Assembly: GCA_964493695.1 (NCBI GenBank)
Contig: CAZBPG010000004.1
Span: forward strand, 40,466 to 104,465
DNA length: 64,000 nucleotides
Direction: 5' to 3'
Origin: an uncultured Chitinophaga sp.
Lineage (GTDB): Bacteria; Bacteroidota; Bacteroidia; Chitinophagales; LD1
Position 1 is the first letter of the stretch. Each line of letters opens with the position of its first letter. Below the pieces are notes generated by a model. That model searched no databases, was not told where the DNA came from, and saw only the letters and a list, made by a program, of their open reading frames with translations. Below are positions 62,043-64,000 of this stretch, piece after piece. Both the position numbers and the translations under genes were made by a program.

Positions 62043-63020
62043 ATGAAAACAATAATTGGTGCAGCTATTCAGGTAGCGAAGCAATTTTTAGAGCAGGGCG
62101 AACCCGTAGGCATACCTACCGAAACAGTTTACGGGCTGGCTGCCAATGCACTGAATGAAGATGCGGTGCTGAAAATATTTTCGGTAAAGAACCGCCCGCA
62201 CTTCGATCCGCTGATTGTGCATACCCATTCGAAGGAGGAGATAGGAAAGTATGCGAAAGAGATTCCGGCTGCGGCAGAAAAGCTGATAGACGCTTTCATG
62301 CCTGGACCGGTGACGGTTCTGCTGAAGAAGAGAAAAAGTATTCCTGATTTGGTTACATCAGGTTTAGAAACTGTGGCTATCCGAATTCCGAATCACAAGC
62401 TTACACTTGATTTGTTGAAGCAACTTGACTTCCCTTTAGCGGCACCAAGCGCCAACCCTTTTGGTTACATCAGCCCTACTACCGCACAGCATGTATTTGA
62501 CCAGTTGCAGGGAAAGATTCCCTACATTCTTGATGGAGGCGCAACAAATGTAGGCGTTGAATCAACCATTGTGGGTTTTGAAAATGACGAAGCAGTTGTT
62601 TACCGGTTGGGTGGTTTGGCAATTGAAGAGATTGAAAGAGTGATAGGCAAAGTGAAGATAGACCTGAACGAAAGTTCGAACCCTAAAAGCCCGGGGATGT
62701 TGAAGAGCCATTATGCTCCGAAGAAGAAATTGACAATTGCAGAATTCGGAAATTCGGAAATCCGGAAATCCGGAAATGAAATTACAGGCGTGATTGCTTT
62801 TGACAAATACATAAATGGAATTGATGAGAAGAGTCAAATCCTTCTTTCCCCTTCCGGTGATTTGAATGAGGCGGCTAAGAATCTTTTTGCCGCTATGCGT
62901 AAGCTTGATGCCAGCAATGTGAACGAAATAATTGCGGTTAAGTTTCCTGATACGGGTTTAGGAAGGGCGATTAACGACAGGTTGAAGCGAGCATCAACAA
63001 TAGACTTGCCAAGTCTTTGA
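62043..63020 (+). CDS. tsaC: L-threonylcarbamoyladenylate synthase (Sua5/YwlC long form of TsaC)
   Basis: PTETVYGLAANA, KNRPHFDPLIVH and APSANPFG motifs, SHYAP, and a C-terminal Sua5 domain. I placed the start at ATG 62043. Confidence 0.88.
   Translation: MKTIIGAAIQVAKQFLEQGEPVGIPTETVYGLAANALNEDAVLKIFSVKNRPHFDPLIVHTHSKEEIGKYAKEIPAAAEKLIDAFMPGPVTVLLKKRKSIPDLVTSGLETVAIRIPNHKLTLDLLKQLDFPLAAPSANPFGYISPTTAQHVFDQLQGKIPYILDGGATNVGVESTIVGFENDEAVVYRLGGLAIEEIERVIGKVKIDLNESSNPKSPGMLKSHYAPKKKLTIAEFGNSEIRKSGNEITGVIAFDKYINGIDEKSQILLSPSGDLNEAAKNLFAAMRKLDASNVNEIIAVKFPDTGLGRAINDRLKRASTIDLPSL
62742..62773 (+). repeat. Tandem octamer (RAATYCGG)4 inside the tsaC/sua5 coding sequence
   Basis: GAATTCGG AAATTCGG AAATCCGG AAATCCGG, followed by AAATGAAA. 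It encodes EFGNSEIRKSGNE just after the SHYAPKKK segment. Confidence 0.85.
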
Positions 63021-63034
63021 GACTTGGCAAGTCT
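63002..63034. terminator. Perfect 15-bp hairpin spanning both convergent stop codons (tsaC TGA and ribE TAG)
   Basis: AGACTTGCCAAGTCT (63002-63016), loop TTG, AGACTTGGCAAGTCT (63020-63034). The TGA is at 63018-63020 and CTA (the reverse complement of TAG) is at 63033-63035. Confidence 0.75.
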
Positions 63035-63620
63035 ATGTAAGTTCCATCATCCGCGCCACATATTTTCCTATTACATCAAATTCAAGGTTTACTAGAGAGC
63101 CGTTCTTTACCTGTTTGATATTGGTTTGTTCGTAGGTGTATGGAATGATAGCAACAGAAAACAGATTGTCTTTCGCATTGAAAGCAGTCAGTGAAGTTCC
63201 GTTGATGCAGATGGAACCTTTTTCCACCACCAGATTATCTTTTGAAGGAACGTATCTAAATGTAAAGAGCCAGCTTCCGCTTTGTTCTACTGCCGAAACA
63301 CATTCTCCGGTTTGGTCAACATGGCCCTGAACAATGTGCCCGTCTAACCGGTCGCCAATTTTCATGCACCGTTCGAGGTTTACTTCATCTCCGACCAAAA
63401 GAGAACCGAGATTTGTTTTTCTCAGTGTTTCATCAATGGCGGTTACACGATGTGTGTTGCCCGCAACTTCGACCACCGTCAGGCAAACTCCGTTGTGCGA
63501 AACACTCTGGTCAATTTTTAATTCTGATGAAACAGGGGAGGAGATGATTAAATCTAAGTTGCCTGCTTCTTTTTTCAGCGCTACTACTTTACCTATTGTT
63601 TCAATTATTCCTGTAAACAT
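63033..63620 (-). CDS. ribE: Riboflavin synthase (alpha chain)
   Basis: Canonical MFTGIIETIGKV N-terminus from ATG 63620. The internal duplication is visible (GDRLDGHIVQGHVD in the second half). 195 aa. Confidence 0.9.
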   Translation of the reverse strand: MFTGIIETIGKVVALKKEAGNLDLIISSPVSSELKIDQSVSHNGVCLTVVEVAGNTHRVTAIDETLRKTNLGSLLVGDEVNLERCMKIGDRLDGHIVQGHVDQTGECVSAVEQSGSWLFTFRYVPSKDNLVVEKGSICINGTSLTAFNAKDNLFSVAIIPYTYEQTNIKQVKNGSLVNLEFDVIGKYVARMMELT

Positions 63621-63656
63621 TACATCTGCTAATTTGCTAATCAACTAATCCGCTAA

Positions 63657-64000
63657 TCACTTCCCTCTTATCAAATGAATAAACCCTCCCCCCTTCTTCT
63701 GTCCGCTTAATGGTTTTTTAACCAGACCGGTTTGGCGCAGTTCGTAATAATAACCGGCATACGGATAAACACCCTCGTTTACTTCTTTTCCTTTCTGGTC
63801 TTTACCGTCCCAGTTAATTTCCGGGTCTTCGGTGGCAAAAATTTCTTCGCCCCAGCGGTTGAATATTTTCATTTCAATTTTGGGAACAAACCGGTACGGT
63901 TTAAACGGAGTAAAAAGTTCATTCGCTCCGTCACCGTTGGGGGTAAACGCGTTCGGAAGAACATAATACGGACAGTTATCAATGCAGAACACATTGCTGA
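63657..64000 (-). CDS. 3' end of a third T9SS type B CTD-containing protein (gene continues beyond the window)
   Basis: LPNAFTPNGDGANELF...KIFNRWGEEIF...EGVYPYAGYYY. The frame is still open at nt 64000, and the Met at 63992 is internal. Confidence 0.8.
   Translation of the reverse strand, partial: SNVFCIDNCPYYVLPNAFTPNGDGANELFTPFKPYRFVPKIEMKIFNRWGEEIFATEDPEINWDGKDQKGKEVNEGVYPYAGYYYELRQTGLVKKPLSGQKKGGGFIHLIRGK

Noticed and set aside
1-64000. tRNA, rRNA, tmRNA, riboswitch or mobile-element genes (transposase, integrase, phage)
   Set aside because: I scanned all intergenic regions by eye and found no tRNA-like T-arm/acceptor pattern or rRNA. No FMN or other riboswitch-like leader is visible; the space upstream of ribE is only 36 nt. 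No recombinase-like ORF was seen. Absence by eye is not proof, and a covariance-model scan would be needed.

Overview
This 64-kb chromosomal window reads as Bacteroidota. The evidence is three genes with T9SS type B 'gliding' C-terminal sorting domains, two with type A-like CTDs, two PorP/SprF genes, two PorE-like TPR/beta-propeller/CRD/OmpA genes and a GxxExxY gene. I saw no rRNA, tRNA, CRISPR, transposase, integrase or phage genes. Content in order: (i) nt 1-19280 holds the last 16 kb of a giant (>5,300 aa) repeat adhesin, followed by porP/sprF and a PorE-like gene. (ii) Housekeeping genes follow: M1 aminopeptidase, hbd, argS and a PLP decarboxylase. (iii) A ~9-kb minus-strand glycan-modification operon encodes a GT-C/TPR transferase, two methyltransferases, an epimerase-GT2 fusion, a split transketolase, a phosphoesterase and fabG. 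It is interrupted in-line by two DUF433/DUF5615-type toxin-antitoxin-like pairs. (iv) A second T9SS cargo (1,694 aa) comes with its own PorE-like and porP genes. (v) Then cca, miaA, an MFS transporter, a hydroxylase and a DEAD-box helicase. (vi) The most unusual part is nt ~54.1-56.9 kb, an AT-rich islet. One operon there encodes a secreted TPR protein, a 74-aa two-TM ORF and a minimal stand-alone class III nucleotidyl cyclase. It diverges from an FN3-like orphan across a ~600-bp region filled with 15 core (plus 2 flanking) helically phased ACAG/CTGT sites. (vii) The window ends with a DUF4397/T9SS protein, tsaC/sua5, ribE and the tail of a third type B CTD gene. Three families of small palindromic or tandem-octamer repeats are scattered through the window and abut or invade coding ends. 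All domain calls were made by eye from motifs; no database search or computation was run.
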